64,000 bases of DNA, taken from Felis catus (lineage: Eukaryota). The stretch is taken from NCBI RefSeq assembly GCF_018350175.1, contig NC_058383.1, forward strand, positions 9,364,001-9,428,000, given 5' to 3'. The first letter of the stretch is position 1. Each line of letters begins with the position of its first letter. Positions 40,555-52,404 of the stretch are shown here, one piece after another. The position numbers and the translations under genes are program-made. Below the pieces are notes generated by a model. The model was not told the DNA's origin and made no database searches. It saw only the letters and a program-made list of their open reading frames with translations.

Positions 40555-40955
40555 AGTTAAAGAGGCAAGGACAGATCTTAATCAATAATATACTGTTGCA
40601 ATAGGAAGGAGTCCAGTGTGAACTGAACTCTGCTTTGGATTGCACAGAGGTCACTGGGTGATTTAAGGGAGTGAGGGAGGCGGGTGGAGAGGGAGAGGGA
40701 ATGTGGGGCTCAGGGGACTGGGGAAAGTGAAAAATTACAAGAAGCGGAGGGGGTGTGATCCCTGTGAAATCCATCTGGGTTTGCTGACTGGAGCTTATCT
40801 AATTTAGATTCCTACCCTTCCCCAGAGGCTGGGAGACAGGGGCCCTACCTTCAGGTGTTGGCTGGGCAAACAGAAAGTTCTTTTGGTAACTTTGAGTTTT
40901 CTCAGGAAGGTGCTTTAAGGGAGGCTGGGGTCAGCCTAGGGATGTGGCCTTGATT
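40555..40955 (-). mobile_element. Possible old ERV1-type LTR fragment
   Basis: LTR-like text (GTTAAAGAGGCAAGG...TTGCAATAGG...). Family not identified. Confidence 0.35.
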
Positions 40956-41429
40956 TAAAATAAAGATATGGTCACATGTCTGAGATGTTTTGTTTTATGT
41001 CTTCACTCATGGACTCACAAGCTCTTTATAAACTCTGGCTACAAGTCTTTTGTTATTGGTATCACAGATCTTTTTTCTCACTCTGTGGCTTGCCCTTTCA
41101 CCTTCTTAATGTTGTATTTTGATGAAAAAAGATAGAAGTTCTTAATTTTAATACAATTAGGTTTACCTGTATTTTTTGGTTTGTGCTTTCTTATGTCCTT
41201 TTTTTTTTTTTATTTTTTATTTTTTTATTTTAGAGCGGGCGCGCACAAGGTGGGGAGAGGGGCAGAGGGAGAGCCAGAGAATCCCAAGCAGGCTCCAGGC
41301 TCGGCTCAGCTCGGAGCCCAACACGGGGCTCGAACCCACAACCCTGGGATCGTGACTGGAGACAAAATCAAGAGTCAGACGCTCAACCGACTGACTCACC
41401 CAGAAACCTTCCCTTCTTATGTCTTTTTA

Positions 41430-42336
41430 AAGAAATACTTTTAGAGTAGTTTTAAGTTCATAGCAAAATTGGGCAGAAAGTAGAGATTTCTTGGGATGCC
41501 TGGGGGGCTCTGTCAGTTAAGCGTCCAACTCCTGACCGCACTCAGGTGCTGATCTCACAGTTTGTGGGATCGCACCCAGTAGGGCTGTGCGCTGGCAGGG
41601 CGGATTCTTTCAGATTCTTTCTCTCCCTCTCTCTTTGCCTCTCATGTGCATGTGCTCTCTCGAACATTTTATTTTTAAGGTCTTGCAAATCTTTTTTAAA
41701 AAATATATATGTATATATATATATTTAATCTTTATTTTTGAGAGAGAGAGAGAGAGGCAGACACAGAATCTGAAGCAGGCTCCACGTTCTGAGCTGTCAG
41801 CACAGAGCCCAATGCGGGGCTTGAACTCATGAGCCATTAGATCAAGACCTGAGCCGAAGTCAGACTCCCAATCGACTGAGCCACCCAGGCGCGCCTCAAG
41901 TAAACATTTTAAAAAGTAGAGATTTCCTAAATTCCCCGTTCCCCACCTAAACACAGCCTCTCCAACTGTCCTCATCCCCCACCAGAGTGGTGTGTGTGTT
42001 ATTACTGATGAACCTACATTGATATTCTGTTATCACCTAAAGCCCAGAGTTTACATTTAGTGTCGTACATTCTCTGGGTTTTGGCAAATGGATGACATAT
42101 GTGCATCATTACAGGATCCTGCATTTCACTGCCCTAGAAATCCTGAGTGCTCTGTGTATTCATCCCTCCCTCCCCACTGACCCCTGGCAACCACTAATCT
42201 TTTTATGGTCTACACAGTTGTGTGTTTTCAGGGATGTCCTATACTTGGAACCATACGATATATAGCCTTTTCGGACTGGCTTCTTTCGCCTCTACATGCA
42301 TTTAACTTTCCTCCGTGTCTCTTCCAGATTTGATAG

Positions 42337-42376
<40 letters not shown>

Positions 42377-42664
42377 GCACGCATGCCCAATAGTGTTCCA
42401 TTGTCTGGATATACCCCTATATCCATTCACCTATTTAAGGAAATCTTTGCTTTCAACTTCTGGCAGTTATGAAAAAGCTGCTATAAACATTTGTGGTTAT
42501 AAACTTTTAACTAATTTGGGCAAATACCAAGGAGCACCATTAGCTGGTGAGAGTATGTTTAGTTTTGTTAGAAACTGCAAACTGTCTTCCAAAGTGAAGG
42601 ACCGTTCTGGTTTCCACCAGCATTTGGTGCTGTCTGTGTTTTGGATTTTTTTTTAATGTTTATT

Positions 42665-42711
<47 letters not shown>

Positions 42712-43080
42712 GAGCACAAGTGGGGGAAGGGCAGAGAGAGAGGGAGACACAGAATCCGAAGCAGGCTCCAGGCTCTGAGCTGTCAGCACAGAGCCCAACA
42801 CGGGGCTTGAACTCACAAGCCGTGAGATCATGACCTGAGCCAAAGTCGGACGCTTAATCGGCTGAACCACCCAGGCGCCCCAGGTTTTTGACACTCAAAT
42901 AGACAAATAGGCATGTAGGGGTATCTCACTGTTTCAATTTGCATTCCTTTGACATGATGTGGAGCATCTTTTTCTATGTTTATTTGCCACCTGCACATCT
43001 CCTTTGGTGTGCTGTGTCTGTTCATATCTTTTGCCCATTTTTAAATTGGGTTGTTTGTTGTTGAATTTAAGAATCATGTT
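41430..43080 (-). mobile_element. L1MC-like 3' region interrupted by SINEs, with (TG)n at 42338-42372
   Basis: GAGTAGTTTTAAGTTCATAGCAAAATTG...CCCCACCAGAGTGG...GGCAACCACTAATC are typical L1MC motifs. Confidence 0.7.
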
Positions 43081-44052
43081 TTGGGGGTTCCTGGCTGTCT
43101 CAGTCAGTAGAGCAAATGACTCATGATCTTGGGTTTGTGAGTTTGAGCCCCACGTTGGATGTAGAGATTACTTAAAGGATATTTTAGGGGCACCTGGGTG
43201 GCTCAGTCGGTTAGGCAGCTGACTCTTGATTTTGGCTCAGGTCACGATCTTACGTCATGAGTTTGAGCCCGGTGTCAGGCTCTACACTGACAGTGCGGAG
43301 CCTGCTTAGATTCTCTTTCTGTCTCTGTCTCTCTCCGCCTCTCCTGCTCATGTGTGTTCTCTCTCTCAAAATACATAAACTTAAAAAAATAATATCTTTT
43401 TTTTTAATTTTTTTGATGTTTATTTATTTTTGAGACAGAGAGAGACAGAGCATGAACGGGGAAGGGTCAGAGAGAGGGAGACACAGAATCTGAAACAGGC
43501 TCCAGGCTCTGAGCTGTCAGCACAGAGCCCGACGTGGGGCTCGAACTCACGGACCGCGAGATCATGACCTGAGCCGAAGTCGGCCCCTTAACCAACTGAG
43601 CCACCCAGGCGCCCCTAAAAAAATAATATCTTAAAAAATGATGTTTTGGATAACAGTCCTTCTTAGAATTTATACATAAGACTCCGTTCCTGTTCCACAT
43701 TCCTCCCAACTTTGAGGGCATCAGTGTCATACCTTCTGCAGGGACATTTAGAACCTCAGTTCGTAGGTTTTAGAGTCTGAATTTGGGTCTCAAATTCCAT
43801 GGAGCATTTGGGATGAGCTCACTCTGGCTTTGATTTTCCCCCTTCCCCTAAATCAAAGATACCAAGGCTCATTGCTTAAGGGGCTGTGTGAGTGTGAGTC
43901 TGATGGGGCAGGAGAGGCATGCAGGCAGCCTGGAATAGAGGAACTATAATTCCTGTCACCTCACTGTCCAACCAAACACACGTTGCAGATGGTGCAAGTA
44001 CTCTAAGTAGTTTGGTCATATGCAAATACAGTTATTAAAAAACACTTTTCCT

Positions 44053-44401
44053 GGGGCCCCTTGGTGGCTCAGTCGGTTAAGCGTCCGACTTCGGCTCAGA
44101 TCATGATCTCACTGCTCGTGTTCGAGCCCCGCGTTGGGCTCTGTGCTGACACACAGCTCCACAGCGTAGAGCCTGCTTTGGATTCTGTCTTTGTCTCTCT
44201 GCCCCTCCCCGGCTCAAGCTCTGTCTGTCTGTCTCTCTCAAATATAAATAAACATTTAAAGAGAATACTTTTCATGAGGTGCCTGGGTGGCTTAGTCGGT
44301 TGAACATCTGACCCTTGATTTTGGCTCAGGTCCTGATCTCATGGTTCGTGAGTTTGTGTCTGGCATCACGCTGTGCACTGACAGTGTAGAGACTGCTTAA
44401 G

Positions 44402-44462
<61 letters not shown>

Positions 44463-44742
44463 GCTCCTCCCCTGCTTGTGCATGCACACTGTCTCTCTCA
44501 AAAATAAATAAATGTTTAAAAAAAAAAAAAAGACTTTTTCCTTTCCGGGCACCTGGGTGGCTCAGTTGGTTAAGTGTCCGACTTCAGCTCAGGTCATGAT
44601 CTCACGTTTTGTGGGTGTGAGCCCGGCATCGGGCTCCCTGCCGACAGTGTAGAGCCTGCTTCAGATCCTCTGTCCCCCTCTCCCTCTGCCACTCTCCTTC
44701 CCCTGCACGTGTGTGCTCTCTCTCAAAAACAAACATTAAAAG
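44053..44742 (+). mobile_element. Three tandem sense Can-SINEs (starting 44053, 44276, 44547) abutting the STYXL1 exon 3 acceptor
   Basis: Three heads and tails separated by copies of AAATACTTTTCC(TTTCC). Confidence 0.92.
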
Positions 44743-44763
44743 AAAAATACTTTTCCTTTCCAG

Positions 44764-44825
44764 ATGTGCGTTCCAAATGGGAGTATGACGAGAGCCACGT
44801 GATTACAGCCCGTCGAGTGGAGAAG
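44764..44825 (+). CDS. STYXL1: STYXL1 exon 3 (DVRSKWEYDESHVITARRVEK)
   Basis: 62 nt, TTTCCAG acceptor, GTATAC donor. Rhodanese motif DxR...Y..SH. Confidence 0.95.
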
Positions 44826-46316
44826 GTATACCGGCAGAGTCAGAATGTGGGGTGGGCCTTCACTCAGGATCCGTCTCTGTCCTCCGTCATCCCGACCACA
44901 TCCTCCACCCTTGACTTCCAAGTTCGTTCCTTCTTTCCCTGGTGTCTCCTCTGTCTGCCTGGTTCAGCTTCATTTTCGCCAGCTGCTGTGTGAAGACAAC
45001 CACTGGTTTGTCCTGGGTCTCCTTCAGATCTGTCCGTGTACCTTCTCGTTCAGAGATCTCACCCAGGCTTCCAGTTTCGACTACCCATCCGCGATTACCT
45101 GGGCTGTCAGTTTTACCTGTAAAATTTTGTCTGGAGAAACTATCCCCTCCCCTTCCCACTGCCGCCCTGCGGGTGTATACTCCGTCTCTGGCCCTGTGCC
45201 CTGTACCTCGCCAGAGTGGGCCCTGCCTCGGGCATTTTTCCGGGTTAAGCTCACTGCTTGGGAGTGTAGCTCAGCAGTAGAGCATTTGACTGCAGGGTAA
45301 GCTTGCGACCTAACACCCTCCTCTCCCCACCCCTACCCATCAGTATCTGCTTTTTTTTTTTTTTTTTCCTCCTGGGGTTGTCACTTCTCTGGCTCCATAC
45401 TCTAGCTCTTAGTCCCCATTTCAGAATATTCTCTGCCTTCTGCAGCCTGTCCAGAGCTCCTTCGGGATGATGCATGGCTCCACTCTCAGATTTGCATATT
45501 CTTTTGATTCTGGCAGCTCCCTGGGTCTGAAAGAGACCTCCTCTGGGCCTCAGCCAGGCTGACGCCTCTCGGCTCCCCTCCCCAACTTTCTAACCAGCAG
45601 CCCCAGCAGGACACACGGCCCCCAACTCGGTGCTCATGGCCTCCCCCTCCGGCCCCCTCGCTGGGCACACAGGCTTCTACTCTCACCCGGTCCCCCACTG
45701 ACCTTGCCCTCCCGCGTTTCCTTGGTTCTCAGACGCACATAAGTCCCCCATATTTTAACACTGCCGAAATTGGAATGTGTCCTACAGTGGATTTCCACTT
45801 TAATGTGGCAGTATCTTTTCCCCCGAAAAGTGGATGTGGTGGATATCTGTTCCTTTTCTGTTGCAGCACCTCCCCCCCCTTTTTTGAGGGGAAGTCTTCC
45901 TGCCCAAATCACGGGTGTCTGGTGATAGGCCCTAAACTAGTATTCAGATCCAGGCCTCAGTGATTGGCCGTGGGCCTAGGATGAAAAGAGCAAAACGGAG
46001 TTGTGATCGGAGAAGCAGGCTCCTCCTCTATTGAGCAGTTGAGTTTTGGGGGGTGGGCGTCTGGGCATCACTGGTGGCCGTGTCACAGGCCTCAGGAGCA
46101 CGTTGTCTGAGAAGGTGAGGTCTGTGTGCAGGGGGAGTGGAGGGGAGCACCTGAGGGGGAGGTCTGGGCTTCAGAGCCCTGGTTCAGGTTTTCCTGGGGA
46201 TCAGTCGCTCCCCACCCCTGCCGGATGTGTTAGATGCCAGTAAATCCTTCCTTGGATGTTCACTCCTGACGGCAATGGTGATCAAATTAGTGGTGTTGAC
46301 AACCAACAGTGTCTTT

Positions 46317-47034
46317 TTTTAAATTTTTATTATTTAAAAATTTTTTAAAAAGTTGTTTTCTTTAAAAAAATATTTTTAACATTTATTCATTTTTAAGAGC
46401 TGGAGACAGACAGAGCATGAGTTGGGGAGGGGCAGAGAGATACACACACAGAATCAGAAGCAGGCTCCAGGCTCCGAGCTGTCAGCACAGAGTCCGACGT
46501 GGGGCTCGAACTCACAAACCGCGAGATTGTGACCTGAGCTGAAGTCAGATGCTTAACCAACTGAGCCACCCAGGCACCCCAGAAACTTTTTTTTTTTTAA
46601 TTTTTTTTTCAACGTTTATTTATTTTTGGGACAGAGAGAGACAGAGCATGAACGGGGGAGGGGCAGAGAGAGAGAGAGAGGGAGACACAGAATTGGAAAC
46701 AGGCTCCAGGCTCCGAGCCATCAGCCCAGAGCCTGACACGGGGCTTGAACTCACGGACCGCGAGATCGTGACCTGGCTGAAGTCGGACGCTCAACCGACT
46801 GCGCCACCCAGGCGCCCCAGAAACTTTTTTTTTTAATGCTTATTTATTTTTGAGAGACAGAGACAGAGTGTGAGTGAGGGAGGAGCAGAGAGAGAGGGAG
46901 ACACAGAATCTGAAGCAGGCTCCAGGCTCTGAGTGGTCACCACAGAGTCTGATGCGGGGTTCGAACTGACAAGCCATGAGATCATGACCTGAGCCGAAGA
47001 GGGACACTTAACCGACTGAGCCACCAGGCGCCCA
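46317..47034 (-). mobile_element. Three nested antisense Can-SINEs
   Basis: Outer TSD AACCAACAGT(G/C)TCTT, inner TSD CAGAAACTTTTTT. Confidence 0.88.
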
Positions 47035-48555
47035 TAACCAACAGTCTCTTAATCTAGGAACTCTAGTTCTCATGGCCCCCTGAGCACACTGCTTCCAGAA
47101 CTTTTGCTGGGAGCACAGGTATGTATGTGCCAGCTTTGCTAATCACTGTGTCCCAGATGCTCAGTCTGGTCCCTGGCATCTGGGATGAACTCAACACTTG
47201 TTTGTTGACTAAAATGAAACACCTGGAAGCTGTTCCTTCTGCCTGGAACATCCTCCCCACCCTTGTCCATCTGGCAAGTTTCCCCTCGCCCTTGCGGTCC
47301 CATCGCCAAACCTCCCTGCCCTCCACGGCCTTTCTGAGTCTCCCAGGCTGACACGGCTCTTTCCCTTTGCCTTTTTGAACCTCTGTATTCCAGAACCTCA
47401 CACGGGGTACGTGCAGAGTGCATCCTCAGTGAATACTTAAGTGAAAGGGCACATGAATGTCCAGCCACATCTCTCCTGCTCTCCCGCCTGTTCCGGCCTC
47501 CGTGGGCTCTCCTCTCCTTCCCCTTTGCTCGTGTCTTCTCCATCTCCGGAAACCCCCTCCCCTCATTAGCTGTCCAAACCCTGCTGGTCCCCTGAGCACT
47601 CGCTCGCTCTCCTGGTGCCTCCAGACAAATGTGATTCCTCCCCTCTCAGTCCCAGACAACTTCCTGATCTGTCCCTCCACGGGCCTTGCCTGACTGCCTT
47701 CAGGTAGAGTTGACGTACACTCACCCTGTTCCACCGGCAGGTCCTCTGTCTGGCCATCTTTGTCAGTCAGACCAGGTCCCAAGGGACAGAGGCAGGCTCG
47801 GGATCCCTTAAGCAGTGGGGGCCTTGGGGGAGCACTACGAACGAGTGAAGACTAACTTCTCAGCCGGTGCCCAGCCAGGCCTCCTCGAGCTCTGAAACAC
47901 CCTTTGGCATCCTGGGCATTGTTCCTGCGTCCGTTGTCCACCACCCTGGCGACTCAGCGGCCCCGAATACTCATGACATCCTGGTTCCTGTTTGCCCTTT
48001 CCTCTCTCTGACTGGATTTATAGCCACAGGCCGGGCACTGTTCTAGAATCAGGGTACATCTGCAACCACAAAAAGGCAGAAGTTCCCACTCTCCGAGAGC
48101 TTACACTCGAGCGTACAGTTGGCCCCGTTATAGCCACTTGCTCGTGACCTGCTTATCCAAGCTCTCTGCTTACTGCCCTTTCTATGGCAGATTTTGGATT
48201 TGGCCGCCACTGCCAATGACCGTCCCCCGGAGAGGGTGTCATCAGCCTGGCCAGGGTCACTTCGATGGCAAGCGTGCCAGGCCGCCTAGCGGGCTGCGGG
48301 CCGGTCAGTGGACCAGCACTTCTTTGGTCGGGCGCTGTCTCTGGTCCGCTCAGCTGTGGTCAGCTATTCACAGCAGGGCACGTGGGTGCGGGAGGCGCTT
48401 GGAGCTCTGCAAGTTCTCCGGTCCCTTCTCGGTGCTTCCGTGCCAGTGGGTGTAGTCAGGGGAACGGGCACGGTCTGACCTCCGGTGCTGGTGTGCAGGG
48501 GGCGTTTGCTCAACCGAACCCACCTGCCCACACACCCGTCTTGTGGTTTCTGTAG

Positions 48556-48691
48556 AAGGCGAGCGAGTATCTTCTCCCGGAGTCTGTGGATCTGGAGTGC
48601 GTGAGGTACTGCGTGGTGTATGACCACAACACCAGCACCCTGGAGATCGTCTTAAAAGAGGAAGAAGGTGACAACTGTGACGACGGGCCGG
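48556..48691 (+). CDS. STYXL1: STYXL1 exon 4 ([45 protein letters not shown])
   Basis: 136 nt, TAG acceptor, GTAGGT donor, phase 0 to 1. Contains the VVYD motif and an acidic loop. Confidence 0.93.
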
Positions 48692-49329
48692 GTAGGTCTT
48701 GACAGCTAGGGAATAACTTCTGCCGCGTACTGGGAACCATACCAAAGGCTCTCCCCGGGTCGACGCCTGCAGTCCGCAGAACATCCCTGTGAGAAATGGG
48801 CACGTCAAGAACGGGGGTGGGTCTGGCTCAGGTTTTCCCTTCCTCACAAGACGACAGGCGAGGCTGCCACGGTGTCACGGGTGCTGGCAGAAGACCTGAG
48901 GCTCCTGAGTCCGAGTCGACGGACTTCATGACTCAGAGCAGTGAAAGTGACCAGAATGTCCCCATTCTCTACGCTGGTGCCCAAGCCCCGACTCTCACAG
49001 GGTGCCAGGAAGGAGGGCCGGGTAATAGCCACCTACACAGTGGCTTGTGTTCCAGGAGAACTCTGAGCTCAGGGGCCTGAATCTTTGATAATGGGCAGAA
49101 AGCCTGCCCGCCCCTGACTCTGGAGGGAGAAGCCATCTGTCTTCCAAAGCCGTTTGATATACGGATGTTCTTGAAAAGCCAGTACCTTTGCTCAAAGGAC
49201 ACGTAGAAATGTGAGAAGCTACGGAGAATGGTCTCCTAATAGGTAACATCCCCCATTTTATAGAAGGGGAAATTGAGGCCCAGAAAGGTACGTGCAGTAA
49301 CTCACTCAGGGTCCCACACATGTTGAGTT

Positions 49330-49765
49330 ATTTATTCCCACATAACGAGTTAGCCCCCAATTTGGTAGCTTAATGCAGCAAAGGTTAGTTAATTAACCAG
49401 TACCAGGTTCCGGCACGGGTCTCTCCCGAGATCGCAGTCGAGATGCTGGCCAGGGTCGCTGTCATCTGAAGGTGTCGCTGGGCCAGGACGATGTGCATCT
49501 GAGGTGTCTCACACAGGTGGGGCCAGGAGGCCTTTGTTCTGCGCCACCTAGACCTCTCCATAGGACCGCTTGCGTGGCCTTGCGACATGGCAGCTGGTTT
49601 CCCCCAGAGTGGGCCATCCAAGAAGGAGAGACAGCAAAGGAAAGGCACATGCCTTTTATGACTGACTCCTGAGACTTCCAAGGTCACTTCTGCCACATTC
49701 TGTTCATTAGAAGGAAGTCACTAAGTGCAGCTTACTCTGAAGAGATGGAGAATCAGACTCAACCT
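49330..49765 (-). mobile_element. MLT1-type MaLR LTR fragment
   Basis: CACTTCTGCCACATTCTGTTCATTAGAAGGAAGTCACTAAG and similar MLT1 motifs. Confidence 0.65.
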
Positions 49766-50142
49766 TTATTTTTTTTAAATTTAAAGTTCATTTTTTATTT
49801 ATTTTGAGAGAGAGATAGAGAGCAAGCAGGGGAGGGGCAGAGGGAGAGAGAATCCCAAGCAGGCTCTGTGCTGCCAGTGCAGAGCCCTATGCAGGGCTTG
49901 AACTCACAAACTGTGAGATCATGGCCTGACTGAAATCAAGAGTCAGATGCTCAACAGACTGAGCCACCCAGGCGCCCCTCAACCTTTATTTTTTTTTTTA
50001 ATGTTTATTTATTTTGAGAGAGAGAGCACGCGTGAGCAGGGAAGGGCAGAGTGAGGGATAGGGGCACAGAGGCTCTGTTTCTTCTGGCTCAGCTGCAAAT
50101 AGGTGTGGTTGTTTCCATGGCCCCGGGGCATTCACACCACAG

Positions 50143-50161
50143 TGGTCACTAGGTGGCGCCA
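50143..50161 (+). promoter_or_regulatory. CTCF-like motif
   Basis: TGGTCACTAGGTGGCGCCA, one mismatch from the CCACYAGRTGGCGC core. Confidence 0.5.
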
Positions 50162-51000
50162 GGCTTCCACCTTTAATAAAACCAGTCTTCCTGGAGGTCC
50201 TTAGTCAGGAAATTGTGCCCTGTTCCCCCAAGCTTATCTTGTTGGGTTTCAGTCTGCAATCCTAAGATTGCGGGCTGAACCCTAAAGCCATAGGAGATGG
50301 TTGTCAATAAAGATAACCCCCTCCACGTTCTATAGCTGACCTCACCTTGCCACGGGACCCCCATTCTCCTTAGGAAACCACAACCACAAAACAACACAGC
50401 AAGACCTCAAACCGCACACACACGTATATCTACACCTTGCCCAGTCAAGGCTCTTTTCTCCTTTAAAATGGCATCTTTCAGGTGAACGCAGTCTTTGGGG
50501 TAAAAGACCATTTCGAGGTTTCTCTCACCATCCCTTTCCCCTTCCTACTGTTAAGCACGCACCTCCCCACCCCCTCCAAGGAAATCTGTTTGTGGGTGGA
50601 GCCTCCATCACACATCCTAGAAGCAGGGGTCCATCTCTCCTGCCCTCCTGGTGAGGTGTAGCTCACCTGTGTGGCCTGTGGCCACGGGCCTTTGTCCTTG
50701 CTGTGTCTGTGGCTGACATGTCCCCATCTAGTGTGAGTCATGAGCAGTTCCCTACCCCCAGCTCTGTGCCCTCCTTCTCAGGCTTTCCATGAGTGCTGCT
50801 GGTCCCTGGGCTGTTGCTACTTTTCTCCTATCCAGCGTTAGGTTAACCACCCTCCTGTCCTGCTGTGGCAGAAATGGGGCACAGGTGGTTTTTAGGACCC
50901 CCCAGCTCCTGCAGATGAGGTGTTTTCACTTTCTCAGCTGGATCTCTTCTTAGGAACCTGGAGAGTACCTTTCCTTGTCTTGGCCTCTACGGTGGGTGGG

Positions 51001-51058
51001 TTCCTTCCTTCCTTCCTTCCTTCCTTCCTTCCTTCCTTCCTTCCTTCCTTCCTTCCTT
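51001..51058 (+). repeat. (TTCC)n in the tail of an antisense SINE (to about 51248)
   Basis: Direct reading. Confidence 0.9.
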
Positions 51059-52292
51059 TCATATTTGTTTTATTATTTTGAGAGAAAGTGAGTGGGGAGA
51101 GAGGCAGAGAGAGAGAGAGGGACAGAAAGAATCCCAAGCAGGCTCCACACTCAGCATGAAACCCGACATGGAGCTCCATCTCACGAACCATGAGATCATG
51201 ACCTGAGTCGAAATCAAGAGTTGGGTGTTTAACCAAAGGAGCCACCCATGTTGCCGTGGGGCTCTTTCTCTAAACTCCTTTTACCAGGCCAAGGGCAGCC
51301 CCCTTCTTGTAGGAGAGACATTTCCCTTATGTTAAACCATCCTTCCTTCCTTGTAACATGTGGATTACAGACACTCCCCACCCTTGCCCAAATTGGGCTC
51401 TTGATATGTGTGGGTAGAGTTCCCTGGGCTGGGTCATTCACAACAACCATGGGGGGAAGCTTTGGGAATTTTTTTTTTTTCCTTCCTCTCTCAACACAGC
51501 CTGACTTTCAAGCCAATTGTCCTCGTGCTGAGGACCAAAAATAATTGAACTTAAAGCTCCCTGCTGAATGGAAAGCCCCTTGGCCTGGAAGTTGTCCCGG
51601 CCTTTTGAAGCAGTGGGTGCCCAGTTCAACATGTATGAAGCCTTGTGTCAGTGGAGAACTGAAGGTTAATGGGATTAAAAATGAATTTAAGGTTTTAAAA
51701 ATATTAACCCCATGGTATCCATGGCTGGGTAGCCTGGGCCCCTGGCTATTCTCATGGCTCTCCCCTGGAATCTCTAATTATTCTCCTGGAAACTGGCCTT
51801 CTTCCATTGACCCCATGGCACCCCAATGGATAGGCCTCCAGCCAGTCGTGTGACATTGGCGGGGGAGCAGCTGTCTGGTTTAAAGGCAACAGCAGTGTGT
51901 CTGGGGACTCCCCTCTCCTAGGCCCTCTGACCCTTTAGCCATTATTCAGCCTCTTGCTCAAGAGGGAGATGGTGTTGAGACACCCAGCATTCTGGTTTCC
52001 AAGCCCAGCCTTCTAGGATAGGGTTTGGCCCCTGTCTTGCCAGCTACAGGTTCTTTGTCCAGATACAGTCATCCCGACAGGTCTGGAGGCCATTGTTGGG
52101 CTCAGCAGCTCCTGCTGGAATTGGCTTTCTCTCTTTGGACAAAGGTTCGATATAGAAGCCCGAGTCTGTGCCCTTCCCTTTCTCCTTTAGCTGGCTCTCC
52201 AGAGTCTGCTGCATGGTATTTCTCTTTAAGGCTCAGATCCTGGCCTTGGGATATCTTGGCTTAGCCTTAATTATGTAAACTTCCTGCCATAC

Positions 52293-52345
52293 CTCTATCT
52301 CTATCTCTATCTCTATCTCTATCTCTATCTCTATCTCTATCTCTA
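52293..52345 (+). repeat. (CTCTAT)n hexamer microsatellite
   Basis: About 8-9 units; produces the IEIEIE ORF artefact. Confidence 0.9.
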
Positions 52346-52404
52346 TATGCATGCATATGGTCTCCTGGTGATTCTGTGGATCAGCGAGGGCATTTAAGAT
52401 GAAC

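Noticed and set aside
44020..44027. Octamer ATGCAAAT, and an X-box-like TGCCATGGAAAC near 9364
   Set aside because: Isolated short motifs expected by chance in 64 kb.
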